A stretch of 37,769 nt of DNA, from IMG/VR virus record IMGVR_UViG_3300045988_104068; one strand, given 5' to 3'. The position numbers and the translations under genes were made by a program. Numbering within the stretch: the stretch's first letter is position 1; each line of letters opens with the position of its first letter. This DNA comes from a virus. Positions 15,187 through 21,644 of this stretch are shown one piece after another. The notes under the pieces are model-generated. The model saw only the letters and a program-made list of their open reading frames with translations, had not been told where the DNA came from and searched no databases.

Positions 15187-15267
15187 CACCTCGCGATTTT
15201 GCCGCCCTTGTACCGCTAATACAAGGGCGGCAATTTCTTTGGGTTCACCAATGATTTTGATTTTCAT
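15073..15267 (-). CDS. Possible small ORF (64 aa), uncertain
   Basis: ATG 6 nt after GGAGGTG, with a leader homologous to that of 14534..14716. However, it overlaps 14812..15186 by 114 nt and spans the terminator palindrome. Confidence 0.3.
   Translation of the reverse strand: MKIKIIGEPKEIAALVLAVQGRQNREVLAIGEISAKGHSNDLVTKDSQNREIHNGTCGFQTSIL
15201..15241 (+). terminator. Plus-strand intrinsic terminator of 14812..15186
   Basis: Perfect 12-bp stem GCCGCCCTTGTA-ccgctaa-TACAAGGGCGGC followed by AATTTCTTTGGG. There is no U-tract in the minus orientation. Confidence 0.7.
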
Positions 15268-15298
15268 GTTTTTCACCTCCTTTTGGATGAATTAAATA

Positions 15299-15315
15299 AT
15301 CTACTTTAAGTAGAT
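15299..15315. promoter_or_regulatory. Distal operator-like palindrome at the 3' end of cro
   Basis: ATCTACTT-T-AAGTAGAT, perfect 8+8 palindrome overlapping the cro stop codon. It has the same half-site as the three sites in the cI/cro intergenic region. Confidence 0.6.
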
Positions 15316-15512
15316 GCACTGGCGAAAAAAATTTGGTCGATGGGAATGCCGACGACCTCACTGATTCTTTTCGCGGTGGCGACGGTAGCGTCTTCGGGCG
15401 ATTGCTCGATTTTGCGGTATGTATCGCGCGAAATTCCGAGCTTTTCTGCCATTTCACGCTGTGTGAAACCGGCGTACTGGCGGGCTTGTTTAACGGTGAA
15501 TCCCAAGTTCAC
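15306..15512 (-). CDS. cro: Cro-like XRE HTH repressor
   Basis: VKQARQYAGFTQREMAEKLGISRDTYRKIEQ. Divergent from cI. The likely true start is TTG at 15506, 7 nt after AGGAGG. Confidence 0.8.
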   Translation of the reverse strand: MNLGFTVKQARQYAGFTQREMAEKLGISRDTYRKIEQSPEDATVATAKRISEVVGIPIDQIFFASAST

Positions 15513-15538
15513 ACCTCCTTTCGTCTGGGTTCGAGAAT

Positions 15539-15567
15539 ACTATACTCCACTTTTAGTAGAATGTCAA
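15539..15567 (-). promoter_or_regulatory. Early lytic promoter (PR-like)
   Basis: Minus strand TTGACA-N17-TATAGT. The spacer contains the operator CTACTAAAAGTGG. Confidence 0.7.
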
Positions 15568-15623
15568 GAACTTAAAGTAGAAAATTTTAAAATAAATGTT
15601 GACATAGCTCTACTTTTGGTGTA
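15545..15623. promoter_or_regulatory. Three operator-like sites between cro and cI
   Basis: CCACTTTTAGTAG (15547..15559), ACTTAAAGTAG (15570..15580) and CTACTTTTGGTG (15610..15621), all variants of CTACTTwAAGTAG. Confidence 0.6.
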
Positions 15624-15627
15624 ATCT
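15599..15627 (+). promoter_or_regulatory. cI (maintenance-type) promoter
   Basis: TTGACA-N17-TAATCT, with an operator site in the spacer. Confidence 0.6.
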
Positions 15628-15649
15628 CTACATATAAGGAGTGATTCAA

Positions 15650-16279
15650 TTGAGCATCGCTGAAAATATTAAAAAAATCCGATTGGAACACGAGCTATCA
15701 CAGGCTGACCTTGGCAAGATTGCAGGTGTCAGCGACAAAGCGGTGTCCACTTGGGAACTCGGGATAAAAATACCTCGCATGGGCGCAGTGGAGAAAATGG
15801 CAAATTACTTTGGTATCCCCAAAAGTGCAATTTTGGATGATGCCCAGCCCGCTCCTGCATCCCGTCCCATCCCCCCGGGCTTTGAGCCGATGCCGAAGAT
15901 GAAGAAGATCCCGCTGATCGGAGCCATTGCCTGCGGGGAACCCATCACGGCAGAGCAGAACATTGAAAAAATGGTGGACGTGCCGGAGAACATCCGGTGC
16001 GATTTTTCCCTGACCTGCCACGGTGACAGCATGGTGGATGCCGGCATTCACGATAAAGACGTGGTGTATATCCGCATCCAGCCGGAGGTGGAGAACGGCG
16101 AGATCGCAGCGGTGCGCATTGATGGTGAAGCCACCCTCAAGCGGGTATATTACAACCCCGGCACGCTGACCCTGATGCCCGCAAACCCGGCTTATGCGCC
16201 CATGATCTACACCGGCCCCCAGCTGGAGGAGGTGCACATTGAGGGCAAGGCCGTAGGCTGGACACACTGGGTGGGGTAA
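15650..16279 (+). CDS. cI: CI-type repressor (XRE HTH + S24 LexA-like autopeptidase)
   Basis: N-terminal HTH IRLEHELSQADLGKIAGVSDKAVSTWE. C-terminal S24 motifs: IACGEP cleavage-site region, GDSM (Ser) and ATLKR (Lys). TTG start 7 nt after AAGGAG; the track start at 15641 abuts the RBS. Confidence 0.85.
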   Translation: MSIAENIKKIRLEHELSQADLGKIAGVSDKAVSTWELGIKIPRMGAVEKMANYFGIPKSAILDDAQPAPASRPIPPGFEPMPKMKKIPLIGAIACGEPITAEQNIEKMVDVPENIRCDFSLTCHGDSMVDAGIHDKDVVYIRIQPEVENGEIAAVRIDGEATLKRVYYNPGTLTLMPANPAYAPMIYTGPQLEEVHIEGKAVGWTHWVG

Positions 16280-16329
16280 TTTTGGATTATCGGAGTCATT
16301 CCAGTCTATATAGCGAAGGAGTGTTATGT

Positions 16330-17133
16330 ATGAAGAAAACTATGAAAAAGACCGCTGCAGCACTGTGCATTGCCGCAACGCTTGTATCTGTGGCAGCGCC
16401 GGCAATGGCTGTCAGCCCAGCAGAATATATGAGCACAGCCGCTCTTGAAGAATGCAATACTGCGACGGTAGCGCAGGTGGAAAGCCTGATCAACCAAATC
16501 GGAACCGTCACGACTGCCCGCCGCCCGGCAATTGTGGCTGCCGTGAATGCCTATAATGAATTGGACGATGCAAGCAAGGCGCAGGTCAGTAACTTTGCGG
16601 TGTTGGCAGAAGCCCAGCAGGTGCTGGGACTGAAAGACGCTCTTGCAAAGCTGAAAATCAGTTACGATAAGGTCGAGGACGCAAGAAGCTATGTGTCACC
16701 CACGGAAGACCGACTGAGCAATCAAGGCAAAAGCTATATACTGCCCTTCTTTGTAAATGGCAGCACCAATGATCCGTCAATGTTTTTCATGGTTCTGTGT
16801 AGCGGCAACAAATATGTGTACTTGGACACGATCACGATTCGCGCAGGCGAGTATAAATACACCTACACGATCGATTGGACGGATGTGGATCGTGGCTATG
16901 ATGGAAAGCAGTATTGGGAACTGACCTCCTTTGTAGGCGATGATGAAGATATCCAGTGGTTTAAGAATATTTTGAGCGCTGATGAAATCATTATCCGATA
17001 CAGCGGCGATGGTGGCAGCATCGACCACACAGTCTCCCCCGAAGAGCGTCAGGCAATTACGGATGTCTTGAACGCATATGATCTGTTCAAGGCAGCAAGC
17101 CCGACTGTACGCGCAAAGGCTTTGAATAACTGA
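16330..17133 (+). CDS. Secreted protein of unknown function (lysogenic-conversion candidate)
   Basis: Signal peptide MKKTMKKTAAALCIAATLVSVAAPAMA. Downstream of cI on the same strand; RBS AAGGAG. Confidence 0.7.
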   Translation: MKKTMKKTAAALCIAATLVSVAAPAMAVSPAEYMSTAALEECNTATVAQVESLINQIGTVTTARRPAIVAAVNAYNELDDASKAQVSNFAVLAEAQQVLGLKDALAKLKISYDKVEDARSYVSPTEDRLSNQGKSYILPFFVNGSTNDPSMFFMVLCSGNKYVYLDTITIRAGEYKYTYTIDWTDVDRGYDGKQYWELTSFVGDDEDIQWFKNILSADEIIIRYSGDGGSIDHTVSPEERQAITDVLNAYDLFKAASPTVRAKALNN

Positions 17134-17140
17134 TGTAAAC

Positions 17141-17179
17141 TAAACAAAAACGCCCCCGGTGCTGCGAACACCGAGGGCG
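17141..17179 (-). terminator. Minus-strand intrinsic terminator
   Basis: CGCCCTCGGTG-ttcgcag-CACCGGGGGCG followed by TTTTTGTTTA on the minus strand. No U-tract on the plus strand. Confidence 0.6.
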
Positions 17180-17198
17180 CAGAAGGAGAAAATACGGG

Positions 17199-17495
17199 AT
17201 GACAAAAGATACCGAAAAGGTCTTGCTGAAACTTTATCGTGCATACACGGAGCGCCGCAAAACCTTGCCGAAGTCTCAGGCAAAATATTTTGCATCAGAA
17301 GATGTGTCGGCTGCATTGCCGGGGATCCCGTGGGATGACGTGAGAGAGGCGCTTGCGGAACTGCGTGATGATGGCTATATCGACCTTTACATGATGGGTG
17401 CCTGCGATCTGTTTCCGAAGGCTATCGAGTACGGCGAAACGGCTGTCGAACGCGGCATTGACAAGGCGCTGGATGTGTGGAGTAAACTCCATTAA
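17199..17495 (+). CDS. Small winged-helix-like protein (YjcQ-like, tentative)
   Basis: 98 aa, ...VREALAELRDDGYIDLYMMG...AIEYGE. Family assignment is by loose pattern only. Confidence 0.6.
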   Translation: MTKDTEKVLLKLYRAYTERRKTLPKSQAKYFASEDVSAALPGIPWDDVREALAELRDDGYIDLYMMGACDLFPKAIEYGETAVERGIDKALDVWSKLH

Positions 17496-17665
17496 CCGAG
17501 TTTCAGTTTGTCCACCGAAATGTTCAGCGTCATATCTGCGAGGGGATGGCCCGCATCGCACTGGATGGAGAAGCCTTTGACGCGATGGACTTCAACACCG
17601 TTCAACTTCATTTTGAAGTCTTTTTCGTAAAGATAAAGTTCGACGGCATTCTGACGCTCTGACAT
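17492..17665 (-). CDS. Small hypothetical protein (57 aa), paralog of 14013..14252
   Basis: MSERQNAVELYLYEKDFKMKLNGVEVHRVKGFSIQCDAGHPLADMTLNISVDKLKLG. ATG after GAAAGGTG. Its stop shares TTAA with the convergent gene. Confidence 0.6.
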   Translation of the reverse strand: MSERQNAVELYLYEKDFKMKLNGVEVHRVKGFSIQCDAGHPLADMTLNISVDKLKLG

Positions 17666-17713
17666 GATAGCACCTTTCTTTCTGTGTATGAATGAAAAGA
17701 TTCGTTCACGTTC

Positions 17714-17755
17714 ATTATACATCAAAATTATGCTAAAGTATAGCATAATTTTGAT
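17714..17755 (-). promoter_or_regulatory. Promoter (-10 TATAAT) abutted by a perfect 15-bp inverted repeat (operator)
   Basis: ATCAAAATTATGCTA-aagta-TAGCATAATTTTGAT at 17721..17755. The minus-strand TATAAT lies at 17714..17719. Confidence 0.6.
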
Positions 17756-17763
17756 TTGCACAA

Positions 17764-17809
17764 ACAAATAAAAAAACCTCCCCCAGTGTTACCAGCACCG
17801 AAGGAGGTT
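17764..17809 (-). terminator. Minus-strand intrinsic terminator
   Basis: AACCTCC-N21-GGAGGTT followed by TTTTTTTATTTG on the minus strand. Confidence 0.65.
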
Positions 17810-17935
17810 TCCGAACCGCTTGCCCGAAGGCGTCACGGCTCTGTACAGTAGATTTTGGCGAACCTCTGCACAGACTATGATACCACCTCCGGGCAGGCTT
17901 GTCAAAGTGTACCCTTGTGTATGGAGGTGGATTTT

Positions 17936-19072
17936 ATGAAAAAACGGGTCAACACGGCGTTTTGGGTCGAGAAGGAAAGCCGCTGGTGCATCGCGGTGCA
18001 GAAGAACGGCACCCGCAAACGGTTTTACAGCAGCACGCCTGGCCGCACCGGCCAGCGGGAAGCCAACGCAAAGGCCGATGCCTGGCTTGACGACAGCATC
18101 CGGGACGGAAAAAAGAAGGTAGCTGCCCTCTATGCCCAGTGGGTAGAAGAACTGAAGCTGACTTGCGGGACATCCTATGTGACACAATGCCAGCGTTACG
18201 GGGACTGCTATATCCTGCCGACCTGTGGGAATATCCGCATTGACGAGTTAACCGAGGGCGATCTTCAAAAGGCCATTGACGTTTCGTTCCGGAAGCGCTC
18301 ACAGAAAAAGAACCAGCGCAAGCCCATCTCAAACCAGCCGTTGAGCCGAAAGACGCTTATGACGATCCGGGCTGCGGAAACCGCCTTTGTCAAGTGGTGC
18401 CGAAGGAACAAGTACACGACACTCTACCCCGACCTGTCTATCCCGAAGAATGCCAGGATGGGGAAACGCACAATTCTTCAGCCCACCGCCCTGAAGGTTC
18501 TGTTTAGCGTAGACACCCGCACCTACTATGGAAAGCTGGTATTTGATGAATATATCTACGCCTACCGTTTTGCAGTTGCGACCGGCCTGCGCCCCGGAGA
18601 GCTGATTGGCTTATGGTATGGAGACATCAAAGGGAACACGGTCAACCTTCGGCGCAGCATCAACGTGCACCGGGAACAGACGACCGGAAAAAACGAAAAC
18701 GCAATCCGCTCTTTTGACATGGGCAAGGAAGCTCGCGAGGCATACGAGGCACAGGTGCAGCTTCTGAAGGCTCAAGGTATGCTTCTGAACTACAATACCC
18801 CGCTGTTTCAGATCCCGTCAGAACACGCGCTCTATCGCCGCTGGGAATCCTACCAGGAAGCAAATGGGCTTGAGCCGAAAGTTTCACTTTACGAGCTGCG
18901 GCACACCTTTGTCAGTGTTGAATCCAGCGTCCTGACTGACAGCCAGCTGAAGATGCTCGTGGGCCATAGCAAGAACATGGACACTGCCGGAGTGTATCGG
19001 CACGAGCTTGACGGTCAGAGGGAAGATCTTGCTGCCGCTACCACCGCGGCATTCAAAAAGGCACAGGCCTGA
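17936..19072 (+). CDS. int: Tyrosine integrase
   Basis: ATG after GGAGGTGG. C-terminal catalytic region LRPGELIGL..., YELRHTFVSV, LVGHSKNMDTAGVYRH (R-H-R-Y pattern). Confidence 0.9.
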   Translation: MKKRVNTAFWVEKESRWCIAVQKNGTRKRFYSSTPGRTGQREANAKADAWLDDSIRDGKKKVAALYAQWVEELKLTCGTSYVTQCQRYGDCYILPTCGNIRIDELTEGDLQKAIDVSFRKRSQKKNQRKPISNQPLSRKTLMTIRAAETAFVKWCRRNKYTTLYPDLSIPKNARMGKRTILQPTALKVLFSVDTRTYYGKLVFDEYIYAYRFAVATGLRPGELIGLWYGDIKGNTVNLRRSINVHREQTTGKNENAIRSFDMGKEAREAYEAQVQLLKAQGMLLNYNTPLFQIPSEHALYRRWESYQEANGLEPKVSLYELRHTFVSVESSVLTDSQLKMLVGHSKNMDTAGVYRHELDGQREDLAAATTAAFKKAQA

Positions 19073-19075
19073 CTC

Positions 19076-19097
19076 TGGTAACAGTTTTGGTAACACT
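19076..19097 (+). repeat. attP arm-type repeat, left (TGGTAAC x2)
   Basis: TGGTAACAGTTTTGGTAACACT, nearly identical to 19285..19306. Confidence 0.7.
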
Positions 19098-19211
19098 CTT
19101 TTTTGTAAACGTAGCAAAATACATGGGTTACAAACCAACCCCACTACATTTTTAGCAAGTGTTTAGGCGCGTTGCAGATATGTTTTTGACGTCACTCAAT
19201 CATTTTTTATT

Positions 19212-19235
19212 GTTCGACTCCCATCGCCTCCACCA
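19212..19235 (+). other. attP core: copy of a host tRNA 3' end
   Basis: GTTCGACTCCCATCGCCTCCACCA is a T-loop, 3' T-stem, 7-nt acceptor strand, discriminator A and CCA. The upstream sequence is not tRNA-like. Confidence 0.7.
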
Positions 19236-19236
19236 T

Positions 19237-19280
19237 GAAAAAAGAACGCCATTTCGTTAGGAATTGGCGTTCTTTTCTTT
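19237..19280. terminator. Bidirectional intrinsic terminator adjacent to the attP core
   Basis: AAAAAAGAACGCCA-N13-TGGCGTTCTTTTCTTT: 9-bp stem with U-tracts in both orientations. Confidence 0.75.
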
Positions 19281-19284
19281 GTCA

Positions 19285-19306
19285 TGGTAACGTTTTTGGT
19301 AACACT
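19285..19306 (+). repeat. attP arm-type repeat, right (TGGTAAC x2)
   Basis: TGGTAACGTTTTTGGTAACACT. Confidence 0.7.
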
Positions 19307-19315
19307 ATTAAGTTT

Positions 19316-19657
19316 TCAGACTGCTCTCACCAGTGCATTATACAACATCTCAATGAACTGCACCGCGCTGGGCGCACCGGTCAGCGGATAGCCTGCCAGC
19401 TGCTGCACATACTCCGGGTTTGTGAGCCATGCACCTTTAGCTGCCCGGCGGACAGCGCTTTGAATCGCTTTTGGCTCACATCTTCTGCGGTCGGCGATAG
19501 GGGTATAGATATCTTTCTCCACGGCCTGCAGGCGGTCTTCCTGCTCACAGACCAGCTCAAGACACTGGCACAGGATACTGTAGACGCTCAGATTGCGTGT
19601 GATGCCCATCGGGCGCAGCAAATCATTGACCTGAGTGGACAATTCGGAAACGATCAT
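19316..19657 (-). CDS. Spo0A C-terminal (DNA-binding) domain-like protein without a receiver domain
   Basis: MGITRNLSVYSILCQCLELV...IYTPIADRRRCEPKAIQSAVRRAAKGAW...PSAVQFIEMLYNAL aligns by eye with B. subtilis Spo0A IGVPAHIKGYLYLREAI...[28 protein letters not shown]...PTNSEFIAMVADKL. Confidence 0.7.
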   Translation of the reverse strand: MIVSELSTQVNDLLRPMGITRNLSVYSILCQCLELVCEQEDRLQAVEKDIYTPIADRRRCEPKAIQSAVRRAAKGAWLTNPEYVQQLAGYPLTGAPSAVQFIEMLYNALVRAV

Positions 19658-19717
19658 AGTTGACACATCCTTTCTATGCGTCAACTCTAACCGAAAAATA
19701 CTTAAAATTTACCAATT

Positions 19718-19744
19718 ACGTCGATATACGTCGTAAAGCGTCGA
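19718..19744. promoter_or_regulatory. Three 10-bp-phased 0A-box-like direct repeats
   Basis: ACGTCGATAT / ACGTCGTAAA / GCGTCGAAAC. The cores CGTCGAT, CGTCGTA and CGTCGAA compare with the 0A box TGTCGAA. Confidence 0.5.
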
Positions 19745-19750
19745 AACATG

Positions 19751-19795
19751 CCAAACAAAAACAGCCCCGAGGAACCGTCAGGCTCCCCGGGGCTG
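19751..19795 (-). terminator. Minus-strand intrinsic terminator after the lysis module
   Basis: CAGCCCCGGGGA-N10-TCCTCGGGGCTG followed by TTTTTGTTTG. Confidence 0.7.
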
Positions 19796-19810
19796 CTGCT
19801 ATGTATGGGA

Positions 19811-20074
19811 TTACCGCTTGATACAGCGGTTCGTCAGCTTGCCGTATACATCCTCGTACAGCTCCTGCTTATCGCCGTTGTAGGTGTACTCAGCATAGAT
19901 TCCGTCACCTGCCACGGTGGTGGACAGCAATGCCTTATAGTTCTGGAGTGTCTTGCAGGCCCACACCACAAAGACATTTTCGAGGGTGATCTTCGTCTCA
20001 CGGTGGGCGTTGTACCACTCGACCAGTGCATTTTTGCAGATGCTTTCATATTCGGCCATGCCAGTAATAATCAC
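19811..20074 (-). CDS. Hypothetical protein (87 aa)
   Basis: GTG after AAGGAG. Its position downstream of the holin is common in Firmicutes phages. Confidence 0.6.
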   Translation of the reverse strand: MIITGMAEYESICKNALVEWYNAHRETKITLENVFVVWACKTLQNYKALLSTTVAGDGIYAEYTYNGDKQELYEDVYGKLTNRCIKR

Positions 20075-20087
20075 GTCTGCGTCTCCT

Positions 20088-20354
20088 TTACTTCCCCTGT
20101 GCCTTCAGCTTGTCGTAGGTCTGGTCTGCCTGAAGGGCTGCGGGGGTGAAGCTGTTGTTCTTCCACCACGCGACCAGCGCGGCCACGGTGGTGATACCGG
20201 CGGTGACCAGCTGCTCCACGGTCTGGCTCTCGATGGGCAGCACGGGCTTGCCCAGTGCAGACAGCACCTGATTGGTCAGGGCCAGCAGCAGGCAGGCGGT
20301 GCGGGCAATGGTACCTGCGGAGATGGTGGGTGCGTTGTAGGTGTGTGCGTTCAT
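20088..20354 (-). CDS. Holin (two TM segments)
   Basis: 88 aa. TM segments TACLLLALTNQVLSALG and LVTAGITTVAALVAWW, the AWWKNNSFT motif remembered from Firmicutes phage holins, and a charged C-terminus. Next to the endolysin. Confidence 0.7.
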   Translation of the reverse strand: MNAHTYNAPTISAGTIARTACLLLALTNQVLSALGKPVLPIESQTVEQLVTAGITTVAALVAWWKNNSFTPAALQADQTYDKLKAQGK

Positions 20355-20356
20355 AG

Positions 20357-20599
20357 TCAGTTCCTTTCTCTTTCGTGTTCGTCTGCTTCTAAATCAGCGA
20401 TGCGGTGGTTGGCCACCTTCATCTGCTCTTCCAAAATGGGGACGCGGCGGGCAAAATTGTTGTGTTCCCGCACCTCGCGGGTCAGCTCTTCCAGCTTGGT
20501 GTCGGTCACGGCCTGACTGCGGCTGTTGGCGATCAGCACGCCGATCAGGGTCACCGCACCGGCAAGGATGGCTGAGATGATGCTTTCCACTGGTCTCAC
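20357..20599 (-). CDS. N-terminally membrane-anchored coiled-coil protein (lysis accessory, putative)
   Basis: IISAILAGAVTLIGVLIA TM segment followed by a heptad-rich helix. Located between the endolysin and the holin. The start may be GTG at 20590. Confidence 0.55.
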   Translation of the reverse strand: MRPVESIISAILAGAVTLIGVLIANSRSQAVTDTKLEELTREVREHNNFARRVPILEEQMKVANHRIADLEADEHERERN

Positions 20600-20603
20600 C
20601 CCC

Positions 20604-21017
20604 TCACAGTGTCCACCGGCTCTTGTTCGGGCGGGTGTCTACGTGCACCCAGCCCTTTGCCCGGCCTGCCTTGACCGGGTAGCGGCCCACGCCGCCCCAG
20701 CCGGGCATCAGGCTCTCTACGTAGGCGGCCACAGCCAGCGGGTCGGTATCCTGCACCTGAATGTCAGCGGCCCGGCCCAGCAGGTGCTGGCTGGATCTTG
20801 AGCCGCCCACCCTCGTGTTGTGGCTGGCTGTGCGGTAGCCGCTGGTGATGGTCACCGGCTTGCCGAAGTGCTCCCGGATGCACTGCAGCAGCACCACAAG
20901 GCCTTCGTCAATGAGGATGGTGTCGGTACCGTCGCGGCAGCGGAACTCCCGCACACGGAATGCGGGGGAGAGCTGCTTTGCGCCGTCCTTCTTCAGGCTG
21001 TACTGTTTGATCGCCAT
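20604..21017 (-). CDS. Endolysin, peptidase M15 (zinc D-Ala-D-Ala carboxypeptidase-like) family
   Basis: SGYRTASHNTRVGGSRSSQHLLGRAADI...GWVHVD gives the H-x6-D...H zinc triad pattern. No recognisable wall-binding domain. Confidence 0.75.
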   Translation of the reverse strand: MAIKQYSLKKDGAKQLSPAFRVREFRCRDGTDTILIDEGLVVLLQCIREHFGKPVTITSGYRTASHNTRVGGSRSSQHLLGRAADIQVQDTDPLAVAAYVESLMPGWGGVGRYPVKAGRAKGWVHVDTRPNKSRWTL

Positions 21018-21043
21018 ATGGATCACGTCCTTTCACGGCCCGG

Positions 21044-21196
21044 TCAGGCGCTGGTCTTTTCGTTCAGCATCTCGGTCAGCTCGGCATATTGCTCGTCGGT
21101 CAGCTTGGCGGCGGCGTAGAAGATATCCAGCTTCTTTTCCATACCGGCGGTCTGGCCGCGCTCGATCATACGTTTGCAGGTTCTATAAAGTGCCAT
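21044..21196 (-). CDS. XkdX-like small protein
   Basis: MALYRTCKRMIERGQTAGMEKKLDIFYAAAKLTDEQYAELT resembles XkdX-family proteins found between tail-fibre and lysis genes. Confidence 0.5.
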   Translation of the reverse strand: MALYRTCKRMIERGQTAGMEKKLDIFYAAAKLTDEQYAELTEMLNEKTSA

Positions 21197-21215
21197 AGTA
21201 GTCATTCCTTTCTGT

Positions 21216-21644
21216 TTATGCGGTGGTTTCATCATCGGTCACGCCCAGCTCCAAAAGAGTCATGCGGTAGTCCTGGTCAAGGTTCAAAGCGTCTGCGTCC
21301 GCAAGAGCGGCATTCAGCGCCGCCACCGTCTCCGGCAGCTTGTCCTTTGCTTCCTGCTTTTTGCGTTCTTCTTCCTGCGCGGCCAGCTCTTCGGCGGTGT
21401 AGCGGATGTATCTCTGGATGGGTACCTTTTCCACCCATTCCTCCTGCGCCTGTACGCCGAGCACATCCACCACCCGCTGCACGTCCATGCCGCCGTTCGG
21501 ATACTCGGTCACGGTCTCCCAGTGCCACTGCTCCTCCACACCCTCTACGGCAGGGTGGGTGATCTCTTCAGTGCTGGTGGTCAGATACCCAAGCGTCAGG
21601 TCCGGGTTTTCCACGACCGCGCCGGTCTCGTCAAGGATCTTCAT
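21216..21644 (-). CDS. Hypothetical tail-associated protein
   Basis: 142 aa, ATGA-coupled to the upstream gene. Confidence 0.6.
   Translation of the reverse strand: MKILDETGAVVENPDLTLGYLTTSTEEITHPAVEGVEEQWHWETVTEYPNGGMDVQRVVDVLGVQAQEEWVEKVPIQRYIRYTAEELAAQEEERKKQEAKDKLPETVAALNAALADADALNLDQDYRMTLLELGVTDDETTA

Noticed and set aside
20357-20599. Calling the membrane-anchored coiled-coil protein XhlA or a spanin
   Set aside because: XhlA-type proteins, as I remember them, have the TM segment at the C-terminus. Here it is N-terminal. No lipobox or outer-membrane logic applies to a Gram-positive-type host. I left it as a lysis accessory of unknown role.
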